Shown one piece after another: positions 42,274-55,350 of a stretch of 64,000 bases of DNA. Source of the DNA: the human T2T-CHM13v2.0 reference genome, Homo sapiens. The notes beneath the pieces are model-generated. The model had not been told where the DNA came from and searched no databases. It saw nothing but the letters and a program-made list of their open reading frames with translations. The stretch lies in assembly GCF_009914755.1 (NCBI RefSeq), contig NC_060931.1; one strand, given 5' to 3'. Every line of letters starts with the position of its first letter. Positions within the stretch are counted from its first letter, which is position 1. Both the position numbers and the translations under genes were made by a program.

Positions 42274-42299
42274 CTAATAGAGCTTTGAGGATTAGAGGT

Positions 42300-42620
42300 A
42301 ATATGTGGAATCTAAAATAGTCAAATACAGTCCATAGAAACAGAGAGAGGTGGTTGGGGGGATGGGGAGATGTGGGTCAAAGGGTATAAAGCTGGAATGA
42401 TGTCAGACGAATACATCTAGAGATCTGCAGCACAGCATGACCACAGTGAAGATACTGAATATTTCTAAGTGCATTTTAGGTGGGCTTAACACACATGCAC
42501 AAAAAGGTAACTGTGAGATGGTACACTCACAGCTGGAGTGTAAGTTATTATTTTGCTTTGTACATGTTATATCAAACCAGCATGTTGACACCTGAAATAT
42601 ATATGATAAAAAACAAAGGA
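42300..42620 (+). mobile_element. L1MA-like 3' end
   Basis: ggaatctaaaatagtcaaatac...gtcaaagggtataaagc...agagatctgcagcacagcatg...atatcaaaccagcatgttgacacc. Confidence 0.65.
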
Positions 42621-44789
42621 GGTTTTATTACAAATGAGTCAGAATAGAATGAAAAACACCATATAAAAAATTAGAAGAGTGATCCCCTGCTTTGGAGACA
42701 GGTCTCACTCAAGTCCTTATCCACATGGTGCAACTGCCCACTGGCTCTGTCTCTGCCATTGACTCTGTGTACTGACATGTCTGAATGCCACCTATCCCCC
42801 CTCACACCTGGGCCCCACCTGTCCCCCCCTCACAGCTGGGCTTCCTCTTGGACTGCATTTTGTGGTGAATGATGCCACTTGATAACCCTGGCCACTCTGC
42901 CTGCGTCACCCTCCCCCATTTCTCCCCCGAATCCATCACCACCTGTGTCCTGACCAAAGCTTTCCATTTGGCCTCCTTGCCTCGATGGCCTGTCCCACAC
43001 CCGCACCCCCTCGAGTCATTCTCTTCACTGCAGCCCGCCTGGCCTTTCTGAAGTGCACATCTGACTTTTGTCAGGATCCTGGGTGGAAATCTTCAGGCAA
43101 GCAAGGCGCGGCATTCACACCTCTGTTAACAAGCACTGCCGAGTCTGCATCTCCCATCACCCCTTCCCCACACACACAGGTCTGCGCCTCTGGACAGGCT
43201 GCCCCACCTGCCTCCCATCCAACTAACTCTGTCAAGCCTGTCTATTGGGGTCAATTGTGACTTTGCCTCCATTGGAAGCTGCGCGGGGTGGCGGTTGAGT
43301 GTCACAAGCCCTGCGCATGCTGTTTTTATGCTCCCATGGCACTCATTACACACTGTGACTCTGTTTTTGTATCTTTGTCTCCTCTACCAGACCGTGAGCA
43401 CCTAGCCAAGTAGGCCCTCAGGGTTTGTAGAATGAATGAATGAATGTTTCCACCACCCCAGCAGACTTATCTGCTTTCATCCTGAAAGAGGTATCAAACC
43501 AAGATTTTGTAGCTTCCCCCAGTTAGCTGCTGAAGTATTATATCATCCTCACAAGTGAGACAGTCATCCTTATGTATTAATCACCCAGCAAATTCATGTA
43601 TTATATACCGTCTGTCATGACACTATCGCTGGTTTTATTTGAACCTACTTACTCCTGCTAAGTCTCTCACAGGAACCTTACTCATTATCACTAAACACAA
43701 CGATCATCTCAAGTACTGTGCACCAGGCAGAGCGGAAGGCCCTAGGAATATAAGGATAAACCAGACTGTTACTACTTAAAGGCCATTAGCAAGAAATCCT
43801 CCAGCCTTGTGTGGAATAAAATCCTCAGTTGCCTTATCTTTTCCTGGAAGGGCGTGTAATTTCTGTTGCTTGTGTATCAGCTTTTCACAATTGTCCAAAT
43901 TCTTTTTTTAAGTGTGACTCAAACAGGACACAATGATGAGTCTGACAAACACACTACGTCTTGTTTTCTTACCCTTCTATGTCATACTCCTTTTAATACA
44001 CCCAAGAATCATGACTATTTTTTTCCCGCAACAGCCTCACAGCATTGACTTTAAGTTTAGCTGATGAGTGATAAAGGCTGCCATTTTTTAAAAAACGATG
44101 TTTCTTTTGTACTCAACCATGCTATTTTAAATCTATTCCTACTACATTTCTTCTGCTAATGTAGAATCATTTTTCTGCTTTGTTATAATTGTTATGAATT
44201 ATACTTCTGGAGTTGAGATGATTTTGATTCCTACCTAATGTGGTAGCGTGCACAATAGAAAAATGAAAAGAGATTTCATAGTTTTATATTGTGCAAAAGG
44301 CAGAGACAAATATATGTATGAAAACTCTGCCCAACTGCTTAATATTGAGTCTTCGGCCCTCTACCTGAATTCACAACGTACTTTACAAATACTCGTGGCT
44401 ACATGTTGAGGGATTCTGGGCTATCAGTTTGGAGACTCTGGTATTAACCATGCTCTTTATTTATTATTAGTCATGTATTTTCCCCACCCTTTGTCTTTGG
44501 CTTTGCACCCCCACCTAGCAACCACAATGACTTCTTTTTGACCTGGATGGCTCGTCTTTTTACATAACAGTGTTTCCTGGGAAGCTTAAGAACAGCAGAG
44601 TCACAGTGAGGGCTTAGTCCAGGGCAGCCTTCTTAACGTGGGGTACATGGATGTCCTTCTTTGGGTCTGTAAATGGGCAGGCACATGTTTGCATACAGGT
44701 GTGGGAAAAGGATTCATGGCTTCCATCATAATCTCAAAGGGATCTAGCACCCTGGAAAGGTTAACAACGCAAACTCCCAGGCATTCAGA

Positions 44790-44848
44790 CACAGCACAGC
44801 ACAGCACAGCACAGCACAGCACAGCACAGCACAGCACAGCACAGCACA
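44790..44848. repeat. (CACAG)11 pentanucleotide microsatellite
   Basis: Uninterrupted acagc x11. Confidence 0.95.
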
Positions 44849-45619
44849 CTGAATAAACAGCCCCAGCTTGCCTGACTCAACCTTCTACTAAGCCACCTCC
44901 CAAGAGAGCAAGAAATTCTATAGTAATTATACACCAACCATCTTCTGGAAGGCAACTACGCTCACCACTGTACCACCAACACGCCAAACATCTTTTGAAT
45001 AATGAAGATCATAATTTGAGGGTGTGATTTTGGGGGGGGATCTGGCATATATGACATTATATAGAGGCCATAATCTAACACTTTAAATATCAAAGCTATC
45101 TTTTCTCGGTTTCTGCTTTTATCCATGTTTTACGTACTTTCTTTGTCCTCTTCTGATACTTTTAGCTTATTTGATAACCCTGGTTGAGAACCAAAGCATC
45201 ATGAATCACAAGATTCTCTACATATTAACATTTTGTTAGAAGCTCAAAGCACAAGTCTTTCATTAACTGTTGATCATTATATTATTTTTGCCAGAATATA
45301 CTGGTGCCTTGTACACTTGAGTTTTAATAGCATTACAGATATCATTTTAGTGTACATATGTCAAAACCAAAACTGCCTTTATGTCAATATGCTGCAAAAA
45401 TCTATCAGAATATATCTTAATTCTTAACTTTCATTGTTGTCTGTGGGTTGTCTTTTATAATTATTATCACATCCACAGTATTTTCTGGAGGTAAATATGA
45501 AATGTATTATAAACGTACTGGGGGAAAATGCTCTTTAAAGCGTTTCCCTAGACAAAGCACCATTTAGGTGTTAGAAGCAAGAACTAGTGAAATCAGAAAT
45601 TGCTGTCATACATACTCAC

Positions 45620-45662
45620 CAGTGAACGGGCGTACAGAGGATCCCCAAGCGCAGGACTTGTC
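45620..45662 (-). ncRNA. host transcript 43-nt internal exon
   Basis: Minus strand: ...ctcttttcctgatggaatccaatcctctgcttccag|GACAAG...TTCACTG|gtgagt, a pyrimidine-rich acceptor and a consensus donor. Confidence 0.65.
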
Positions 45663-45792
45663 CTGGAAGCAGAGGATTGGATTCCATCAGGAAAAGAGGC
45701 AAGTAGAAACACCAAATGCTGGTGCTCCCTTTCCCCAGCTCATCTTATTTGCAGGCACACAGATTTTGGAATCCTCCAGGACTAACAATAAA

Positions 45793-45834
45793 AACCACAC
45801 TAGGTTGTTTTCCTAATTCCTATGAAATGAGTCA
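45793..45834 (+). promoter_or_regulatory. RUNX site plus AP-1/IRF composite element (AICE2-type) in host intron 1
   Basis: AACCACA at 45793-45799 and GAAATGAGTCA at 45824-45834. Confidence 0.45.
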
Positions 45835-46399
45835 GTAGGTCAAACAACTTATCCACTCCAGAGAGAGAACAATTCCTTGAGCTACACTCCCTGTTTCCAG
45901 TAACCCTATTCCCTGTCTGTGCCCCTGGATAAAAGTGCTGCCAATAATGCATGGAGAGCCCACCGGGTTCTGAATTAGACACATCATAGAGATTGCCAGA
46001 AAGTTAGTTGCCTTCATGGGATAGTTTCCCTTATGAATATTTAGGAGGAAAAAAGTCCAGTTAAGAGTAACATGAGGATCAAGTTTCTTCATTTAAAGAG
46101 TCAGCATAACTTTTTCTCTATCGAGACCATTTCTTTCTTTCATATAGGAGGACTGAATGATGCTGAAAATAAATATAGAAAAGCGATAACTGTACCTTTA
46201 AAAGCCCCCACAAACCACTTCCTTCTGTAAAACACCCTTTCCTCCTCCAAAGGTCTAGTATATTCACAAGATTCACTGATTATTCAATGAATCCATATTC
46301 TTAAAAACCCTTCACAGTTGTCTGTGCGTCCTGCAGTTCCATACTCTGTATCATATAAAGCAGAAGGTGTTTAAGAGCTTGCTAGCCGTCATTTAAATC

Positions 46400-47250
46400 C
46401 ATGACTCAAGACGACCAACACTGGGTTACCAATAATCTTCAGAAAGTACCACCTACTCACCGAGTGTAACATTTCTTGTAGTTAGCGACCTCTGCTTAGG
46501 AAATCACCAGCTCCTGGCAATGAATCCATACTTCCAAGAACTCACACATTCAGGCAAATATATGGACATACAGCTCTAAATATAGATACAGAGAGGTCTG
46601 CCGTGACAGTTCAGTAGGAGACTGGAAATACTTTTGCTTTCTGTATCGATAGTACTTTCTTTCCTTTTTAAAGAGAAGGTTTCGTTTTGATCTTGAGAAA
46701 TTCTGATAAAACCACCAACTGAAAACCTGCCATTATAAAGGAGGGATTTCACAACGTTCATTCCAAAAAACTGTGGCTATTCATTTCTGGAAGTGATTCA
46801 CTGCAGAAGAATCGCTGTTTGGGGGTGGAGGGAGCGTTGATTTTTAGAAGCCAGCCTGCCCTCTGAGAAGTGAGCAGCAACCTCTGAGATGGCAGCCACG
46901 TGCCTTCTGACCCCCAGCCCTGCTCCCTGAATCACCACCCCTCGAGATGACACGCAGTGACCAATTTCCTCTTAAAACTCCCTTCTTTTCAAAAACCCTA
47001 TGATCCATGCACCCTCTGTCTAATCCTCTGCGATGGGGCCAGTCTGCAGATCCGTCTGGGCGGGCTGCGGTAGCATTCTCCACCTGCCAACACTCAGTTG
47101 CTGGTGAGTAACCAGCATACGGACTCTCACTTCCTGTGAGTATTTCTGAAAGAGCTTATGATATTTCCTTCAAAAAAAAAAAATTGTGGGGAGGAAAGCC
47201 ACTCGGGGAGGAGAAGCAACTTCAACAAGCAAAGCTAAAAGCATGCAACG
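46400..47250. promoter_or_regulatory. bidirectional promoter of the miR-29b-1/29a host and the plus-strand lncRNA
   Basis: Divergent donors lie ~640 bp apart. Motifs: E-box CACGTG 46897-46902; kB-like GGGATTTCAC 46743-46752 and GGAAATCACC 46499-46508; GLI/SP-like TGGGCGGGC 47057-47065; KLF GGGGGTGGAG 46821-46830; AP-1 TGACTCA 46402-46408. This fits the recalled MYC/NF-kB/GLI regulation of the promoter. Confidence 0.75.
46461..46810 (-). ncRNA. host transcript first exon (TSS approximate, ~46640-46815)
   Basis: Minus-strand donor CTCG|GTGAGT (plus-strand ACTCAC 46455-46460). TATA-like TAAAAA at 46841-46846 (minus). Dense TF motifs immediately upstream. Confidence 0.6.
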
Positions 47251-48181
47251 TGATCACTGTTGACCAGACACGCCTAATTTTAATTTGGTTTCTCAACCCC
47301 TGTGTAATTAAGACAGCCCAAAGAGAACAGCATCAAGAGGAAAGAAAAAAAAAAAAGACATTTCACAAATGCTTAGACCTTCGGTGCGCGTGACCAGAAA
47401 AGTAATTTTAAGATTCAAGCGAACCAATCTGAGGCTGGTTGGAGCATTAACCCTTCAAGGAAAGAGAAAGAATTATTTTTGTTTGTCCCCAAATTTCAAA
47501 TACGGAATTCGTCTTCCCTACCAGGAACTGAGATACCAAAAATCAGCCTCTAAATACCATCCTCTGGGCTTGTAAGATGAAAAAACTTTTTCAGATTTGT
47601 CCATCACAGGGGTAGAAAAATACCTATTTATGAGACCCAGTCACATTAACAGAGCAGCCGACATGGTGTTCACACTCAGGCACCCTTTGAAAACCGGCCA
47701 CTAAGGCTAAAATGTGACATTTTGTATTTCTCTAGGCTGTAGCCAAACCTGTTAATTTATGTTAGAGAGAAGGGCAGCATTTCTTGACAACTGGGCAAAA
47801 TGAGTAAGAAAACTTGCTTTCATCCCACCTTACAGAGTATCAATGGTGACAAAGCTCACTTTCTGAGATTAGTAGACGTTTTGCTGAAAGAAAGATTTTT
47901 CAGAGCCTGTCCTTCAGCTTCAGGCTGTGAATGTGCTTCCAACTTGGGGCCTCCATGTGCCTGCATGGTGGGGAGGGGGGCTCTTGAAGGGGGAAGGAGG
48001 AAAATACAAGCTTCTACTTAATGGGCACTGAAGAATAAAACAAATCACCCACATTCACACCTGTATTTATCACACAATCCATGGAAGCCCTTAACTTGAA
48101 ACACGGCAGCACTTTGCCACTTAGACCCCAACTCTTTTATTTCACATTTTTGGATGTGAAATTCTGAAAGGGAATTTTCAC

Positions 48182-48587
48182 TTTTTTTGTTTGTTTGTTT
48201 GAGACGGGGTCTCACTCTTGTCGCCCAGGCTGGAGTGCAGTGGTGCGATCCTGGCTCACGGAAGCCTCGACTTCCTGGGATGTGATAAGCTTTTACCATC
48301 TTTACCAAACTGATATTTTAACAAGAAGAGTATGGAAATCATTTGCCTGATATACATAATTGATTTATTTATTTATTTTAGAGGCAGGGTCTCACTTCAT
48401 CTCAGCCTCCAGAGTAGCTGAAACTACAGGTAAGTACCACCATGCCCAGATAATTTTTTTTTTTTTGGTAGAGATGACGCCTTGCTGTGTTGCCCAGGGT
48501 GGTCTCTAATTCCTGGCCTTTAGCAATTCTCCCGCCTTGGCCTCCTAAAGCACTGGGGTTACAGGCATGAACCACTGTGCCCAGCCT
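48182..48587 (-). mobile_element. two partial reverse Alus (48182-48281 and 48363-48587)
   Basis: T-tails followed by ggtctcact; both carry deletions. Confidence 0.8.
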
Positions 48588-49569
48588 GCATGATGTAATC
48601 TCCAAATTGAGGGTAAGTAAAAAGTAGCACCTATAACTAGAGGTAAATTTTTAATTTAAAACAACTACACTACGCAATAGTCATCTCCTCAGCCCTTGCC
48701 CACGAGATCTTATGAACCTCCTCAATAGAAAAAAAGGAATAGTCTGTGATAGGATCAAAGGAACAGGAACCCTTTACATGGAGAGTAATTTTAAATAGCT
48801 ACAATTTTTGAGCTTGTCCGTTGATACCGAGCTCAGCAAAAGAAAAAGCAGTGATTACAGGCCTGACCACTACTCAATGATTAGAATATTCACTCTTCTC
48901 TATTACTTAGAAGGAAGCCCCCCTCTCCCACTATGTCAGGTATACACACAAGTTCACAGCTCTCAGTGTTTCTGTGTAATTTGTTCCTGTTTCAGACAGC
49001 TTTCCAGAAAAGCTCCTCTTAAATCCTGGGTGGCCAATGCAGAGGTTTTAAAAAGAGGAAAAGTAGAGCAAAACAACAAAAAGATCATGAAATAGAAGCT
49101 TGGGGAGAAGGGAGCAAAGAGAACATGAATCTAACAGATGCAGCAGTTGCAAAAAAGCTGCTATCCTTTAGAAACTCCTGTTAATTTGGTGACCTAAAGG
49201 GAGCTATTTCTAAGGCTGGATGTTGAGAATGTGATGAAACCATGGAGGCTGTCCAGGTCCTTGCTATGCTGTGGACACCATTCAAGAGTTATAGAGTCCA
49301 CCCTCTCCAAACAAAGTAAAACCCCGTGACAAATGACCTTCATGTTTAACATTTACTCAGTTCTCTTTTAAACAATGAAATGGAGCGCACTCTTTCGTGG
49401 CACTTTTATAGGCAGGAGAGAGAGTGGTCTCACAACGGAAGGGCACCAGCCACTGAGAAGTCCTAAGGCCGTGTTTGAGTTCTGGCTCATCTTTTTTGCT
49501 AATTTGCTCTTATGCATATCACCCAACCTCGCTAAGCCAGTTTCATCATCAGCGAGAACAGCACACTGA

Positions 49570-49790
49570 CATGCAGGGCCAGCTCAGGCGCTACCACGAG
49601 CTACACATCCGTCCATTCGTTTAATCTTCACAGCAGCCCTGGAGGTAAGTTCTATTTTTAATCCTCATCCTACAGATAAGGAAACTGAGGCCCTGGGTGC
49701 TTAAGGACATGCCCAGGGTTACACAATCAGTAGGTGGTTGAGCCAGGATTCAGAGCCAGGGAGCCTGACCTTGACTCCACATCCAGAGCC
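49570..49790 (-). mobile_element. MIR
   Basis: tttaatcttcacagcagccctggaggtaag...tacagataaggaaactgaggc. Confidence 0.75.
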
Positions 49791-50624
49791 TGCCCTCAGC
49801 ATGTCTGCCAGTAACACCCAGGTTGGCTGCACAGCAAGGAAAACAGCATATAAGAAACTACCTTAAAACCTACAAAGACCATAAAAACACAAGGTAGATT
49901 TTTAATCATGTCACATGCAAATATATTGTCTGTAAAAATGTAATGAAGATTCAGGACAACGAAGCAGTGGTAACTCTGCTGATCCTGTGAAAACAGTTTC
50001 ACATAACTTGCAAGTTACTTAGTTGCACAATGTGTGGTACCGAGTTGTAGAGGTAGAAGGGATTCAGAGATCCTGTTTTCCGTCAGGGTGGTTGGGTGAG
50101 GCTCCCAGACACAGGGCTGAAGTCTGAACCTTCATCCTTTCACTCCCAGCCCAATGATGTGCCACTGTGTCATAGCCACATGGTGGTTATGAATGCATCT
50201 GGAACTCTACATTTTAATCTGCCAGGCATCCACCCATTCGTTCACATAATTCACGTGTGTGTAATAGTAACCTTCAGAAAGGAATGTCACAATATTTTTC
50301 TCATTACAACATCTTTAGGCTTTAAGATGAAAAGGGTGAAGAAAGAAATCTTCTCTAAATCTTGTATTCCCGCTATTCATTTTTTTATTCAAGGAAAAAC
50401 AAAGCCTCTGTTAAAGCTCTGCTTACAATGAAATGTAACTGAAGTTCTATCCAATTCTTTCCTCTTCTCTGTAAACTTGTTCACATGCAACAGCCTCTCT
50501 GATGTTAACAGGCTGTTCCTCCCAAGTGCCTGCAGATCATGGCTATAGGAGTCACTGGAAGGAACTTGACTCGGTGGCAGTTTGGAGGCTTCCCGGGCTT
50601 TAATGATGAAAAATGATTTGGTCA

Positions 50625-50914
50625 TTTAAGACAGAGCCCCCCGCTCTGTTGCCTAGGCTGGCGTACAGTGGCGTGATCATAGCTCACTGCAGCCTCAAAC
50701 TCCTGGGCTCAAGTGATCCTCCTGCCCCAGTTTCTTGAGTAGTTGGGACTACAGGCGTGTGCCACATCTGGCTATTTTTTTTTTTTTAATAGAGAAGGGG
50801 TCTTGCTATGTTGCCCAGGCTCGTCTTGAAATTCTGGGCTCAAGCAATCCTTTCACCTCAGCCCCCCAAAGCAATGGTTCACAGGTTCACAGGTATGAAC
50901 TACCATGCCTAGCC
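50625..50914 (-). mobile_element. AluJ
   Basis: gctctgttgcctaggctggcgtacagtggcgtgatcatagctcactgcagcc. Confidence 0.85.
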
Positions 50915-53900
50915 TAGCTATTTACTCTTAAAGGAAAAAATAATTTTTTATTTAGTTTTCAAGCCTTTCATGCTATTTACACTAAAGTTTGGCCTTATTA
51001 TTTTTGCTTAGAATCTTTTAATGGTTTTAGGTCACGTTGGGTCACATCAAAACACTTGAAAATGCCTCTTTCTAAAACAAAGACATTCGTTGACAAAAAA
51101 AAGTTAAAAGAAAAAAGACCAGCCAGGTATTTAGTTCCATTTAAGAGAGCACAGGCGACTGTATGCAAGATTCTGGAAAATTTATGTACGTTAAATTTAT
51201 AAGCCAGCACTTTTTTCCCAAAGATTTATTTGGTGTGAAAAGTTACTTCCTGTACTGTAATCATAAAATCAACTGTTATTTACTCCTGTCATAACCATTC
51301 ACATACTTCCTGCCATAAAAACTTAAACCTGGCTAGAATATTAAATAAAACATGCAAAAAACTACAAGTTCAGGAAGTGACTGTATGTATTATATACATT
51401 AAGTTCATATTCCAATCTAAGAGAAAGCTGAATCACCCCTACTTAGGAAAACCAGTATTATGTTTTATCATCTGGGGTGACTAATCCCACAATGGCCCGT
51501 GCAGTGAACTTTAAGGGTAAGAAGGGCTTTCTCTTTTGCACTAAGCTCAGTCCATAGTTTTGTGGGGGCTGTCAGGACGTCTCGCAGGTCTGCCGTGTGT
51601 AGTGGGCTGAAATACACTGTACATGGCCCAGAGTTAAAACTGTAAAGATCCAAAGACTTACTTAGGGTAGATGTGCACACTTTAAATGCATATGCAGGTT
51701 TTTCTTTGGTGCCTGCCTACTTCTAAAAGAAAACAAGCTTCTAAATGCTTAGGCTTTGGCGTGTCGGGTGGGAAAATCAGAGCCAGTGTACACATCCAAT
51801 GATAGAAGAAAGCGTGCGTGAACAGATTTGTTTACAAAACAGGGCCCAGCAAAGTCTGTCTCTCAGTGCCTCGGCAGGATCCATCCAACAAAACAAACAC
51901 ACAAACACACTGATCTAGGGAACTCGCTCTTCCTTCTGATGAAGGTGTAACAGTTTGTGATTATAACTGGGCAGTAAGTTACAACATAATCACCTGACCC
52001 AGGTTTGAATTGGAGATACGCCAACAAATCCAGTTTAACACAAGTGCGTGTGCGCACATGTGCAACACACACACACACGGTTATATGTAGTACAGTGGTT
52101 TCAGCTCTCCTTCTGTGGCATTAATCTCAAATCTGTATCTTTAATGGTAGCTACCTCTCCTACCTATATCTTTAACATATTTCTATCTGGATAAGGCAGT
52201 CCCTTTAAATTCATCATGAAGCAAAAAAACCAACACCATTCTACTGATTTTACTTTACTTAACTGTATAGCCATCCCACCAGGGTTGAAAGTTTGGCCTC
52301 TGGACTCCCTTCTTCACTGAGCCGAGCTGAGCCATTCTGTCACCAAGTCTAGTCAATACTTACTTTCAATGTCTGCTGCCTCCATCCTCTCCCTCCCACT
52401 CCCATTTCCAGTCACCCAGGATGCACCTTTCTCTCTGTCCTTGGACAAGTAAGACAGCCTTTGTAATTGGTTCACTTGCCAAGGAGCAACTGGGTGGTGA
52501 AGAAACACAGCAGGCAGTAGGAAGGTTGGGTTCTAGGCTTGGCTGTGCCAGAACCAAACCATGTGATGCCAAGAAAGTACATCATATCCTTGGGCCTTAG
52601 TGTTCTCACCTATGCCATGAAAAAAATGCCTATCAAATGGTATTAGCTGATGCGGGGCATACAGAGTCCCCAGCTGTGGTCTTCTAAAATGTAGTAAAAT
52701 TCATGTCGCTGCATTCCTCAAAACTTTTCTGTGACTTTACAATGTCTAGAGGATGCAAGGTTGGTTTTGTTACTCTACATAAAAGATCAAGAATCTTAGG
52801 TTCTGTGAATAGCACACTCAAGGTTATAGAACTCAGTGAAGTGTCAGGGGTGGCTTCCAAATCTACATGTGGTTGATTATAAAGCCCACTAAACCATACT
52901 GAGTACTTTAAACACAACATAATATTTGGCAGGGGGTGGGGATTCATTACTCGAGTAATCATTATCTGAATCCCTGTAGTTACCAAGTTGCATAAGGAAG
53001 CAAAGGTCATCATCATATAAAAATATTGACAAACACAGTGATCACTTATTATTAGTCCTCATTAACATCAGCATCTATTCTTGCTCACTTTCTTGGTTGA
53101 ATAATGTCATAGAATAAAATGAAAATCCAATGTAGCTCACTTGTAAGGTGGAATTGCAGATTTTCACACAGTTGATAAAAATGATACCAGCAAACTGCAT
53201 GAATCACATAGGGTCACTGACAAGATGAAAGACAGTTTCAACAGTTAACAATTGAAGAGAAAGTCAACAGAGGTGATTACATGAGAGGTAGACTCTTCAA
53301 GAGAATGGTTTGTATATCAAAAGATTAAGAGAGGCCTTTGGGGAAATTCGAATGCTTGTACAAAAATCATCTTCTTTATATGATTCTGCTTTAGAAGTCA
53401 ACATTCAATCTTTCTTCTAAGAAATAACATGCTGTTGCATCATATCCCAAATTTCTATTATATAAAACAAACTAAACTTCAACTTTAGTTTTATTTTTTT
53501 CAGGACTTAGTCCCAATAAGATCTTTAAAAAAAAAGTGACTGTTTGTTTTTAAATGTGTGATTCAGTTTTAAGTCAATCCTCTTAAAACAGCAGTAGTGG
53601 TCCTGTATCAGTTATCTTCAGATAACAAGTACCTCCTGAAATGGTAGTAATAGCAAAAAAAAAAAAAAAAAAAAAAAGAAAAGGATTAACTGATATGCAA
53701 GTAGCAGAACTAATTCTTCAGCCCACGATGGAAATAATGTCCTAGTTTTTCTCTCAAGATCTCAGGCTCACCCGGACCAGAGCACTCAGCAAGAAGCTAT
53801 GCTCATCACCCCCATGCCCCATTCCCACCACTGTATCAATGCCACTGTGGATATGACATTTGTATGGTATTAGGCCAGACCCTGGGCAAGTCTGACTGTT

Positions 53901-54949
53901 GAGGCAAAACGAGACTGCAGCCCTGTAAACCCTCAGTCTAAATCCTAACTTTACATAATTCACCCCATCCATTCTGTCTTTATCCAGTCCTCTGAAGATC
54001 TCCACTTTTTTTTTTTTCAGAAGACAAGAGTCAGGGACCTGGAAGAATTCTGTCGTATAATAACCCACTTTTAAAAGGCACCCCTGTATCACGATCCTTC
54101 CTGACATATACCGGTGTATATATCAAATGGTTTTGGTTCCTGCAAATATTCTTCCATCAAATGTTCAGAGAAGGGCTATTTTGAGAAAGATTTAATGGGA
54201 TTTGTAACATAAAACCTCAAATGAATACTGAGTTAACTAAGACAACTCTGGAACACAAAGCGTGGTTGTTATAACCTTGCTTTTTCTGGTGACTATAATT
54301 GAATCCAAGAATCTAATAAAATAGTCTCTCATGCCAGAAAGAAACCCAAGAAGGTATGTCCTCAGAAAATTTAGTCTGAAGTTGGTCAATTCTTAGGCAG
54401 TCACTCTACGTGATCAGAACTTTATTAGTGAGCTTTTGGCCTTGCAGGATTGATGTTTGCTACAGAGATCTTGGCTTGCTCCTAAGGAGAGTTCTGTGAC
54501 ACTGTGAAATAGCCCCTTTTCTCTGAAAAGCATAAGGTGTTACTCTTCATTGAGAAAATCCTAGAGTTGTGATCCACGCATTATACTTGTGAGTCTTTCT
54601 CATGTGTGTGCAAAACATACACACGTTCAGTAAGGCACGGTGCAAGATTAATATGTTCACATACACAAGAGCCTTTCTGGAATTCAGAAACCTGAAATTG
54701 GGGAATGGCGTGAGCCGAAGTGAGACAGGAAGGAAGAGGTGGCAGTTCAGCAGTTTTGAACTTCTGACTGTGATTCCGAATCCTTTTTTAAAAAAGGATT
54801 TTGTAGCACTGACCCCAAAGGCAGCACAAACACGTTGGTGAGTGTGCATTAATCGAGGCCATTGAGGATGTTATTTTCTCCTTTAAGACCCTGACCAGAA
54901 GCTGAATATGCCAGCAGCAAATGCAGGCAGTGCTGCTGTTCCCTTCACA

Positions 54950-55350
54950 GTCCTCGGAGGCAGTGAAGCCTGTGCTTGAGACGCGCAGGGCGGAATGCTT
55001 GTTTTGGAGAGCATTCAGCGGATAGCATTTGGTTTCCTCCATTTAACCAGGTCACCCAGGCATGGAATGCACAGCTCTGCCAGACAGAAAGCGCTTTGGA
55101 TGCCTGAGAAACAACAGCTTGTCCGGGCTACTGATGCGAAGAGAGGCCATGGTTTCCTTTTTCTCTGCTCTGAATGGCAGCCTTGACGTCACAACAGCTA
55201 GGAACCACTGGAGGGACAAATAACAAGGCGCAAGCCAGAAGCGCCCTGCTCTGTCGCAGGGGCAGGGCCATTTTCATCCAGTTCTGATGTCTTCTGTGGC
55301 CGCTGCGAGTCGGCGGGAGTAGAGACAAATGACTGGAGCTTTAGGCGTAA
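54950..55350. promoter_or_regulatory. CpG-enriched enhancer-like segment with a full CRE
   Basis: TGACGTCA at 55184-55191 and locally raised CpG density in non-repeat DNA. Confidence 0.4.

Noticed and set aside
44601-44856. ORFs with CCAVL and STAQH repeats
   Set aside because: Translations of the (CACAG)n microsatellite.
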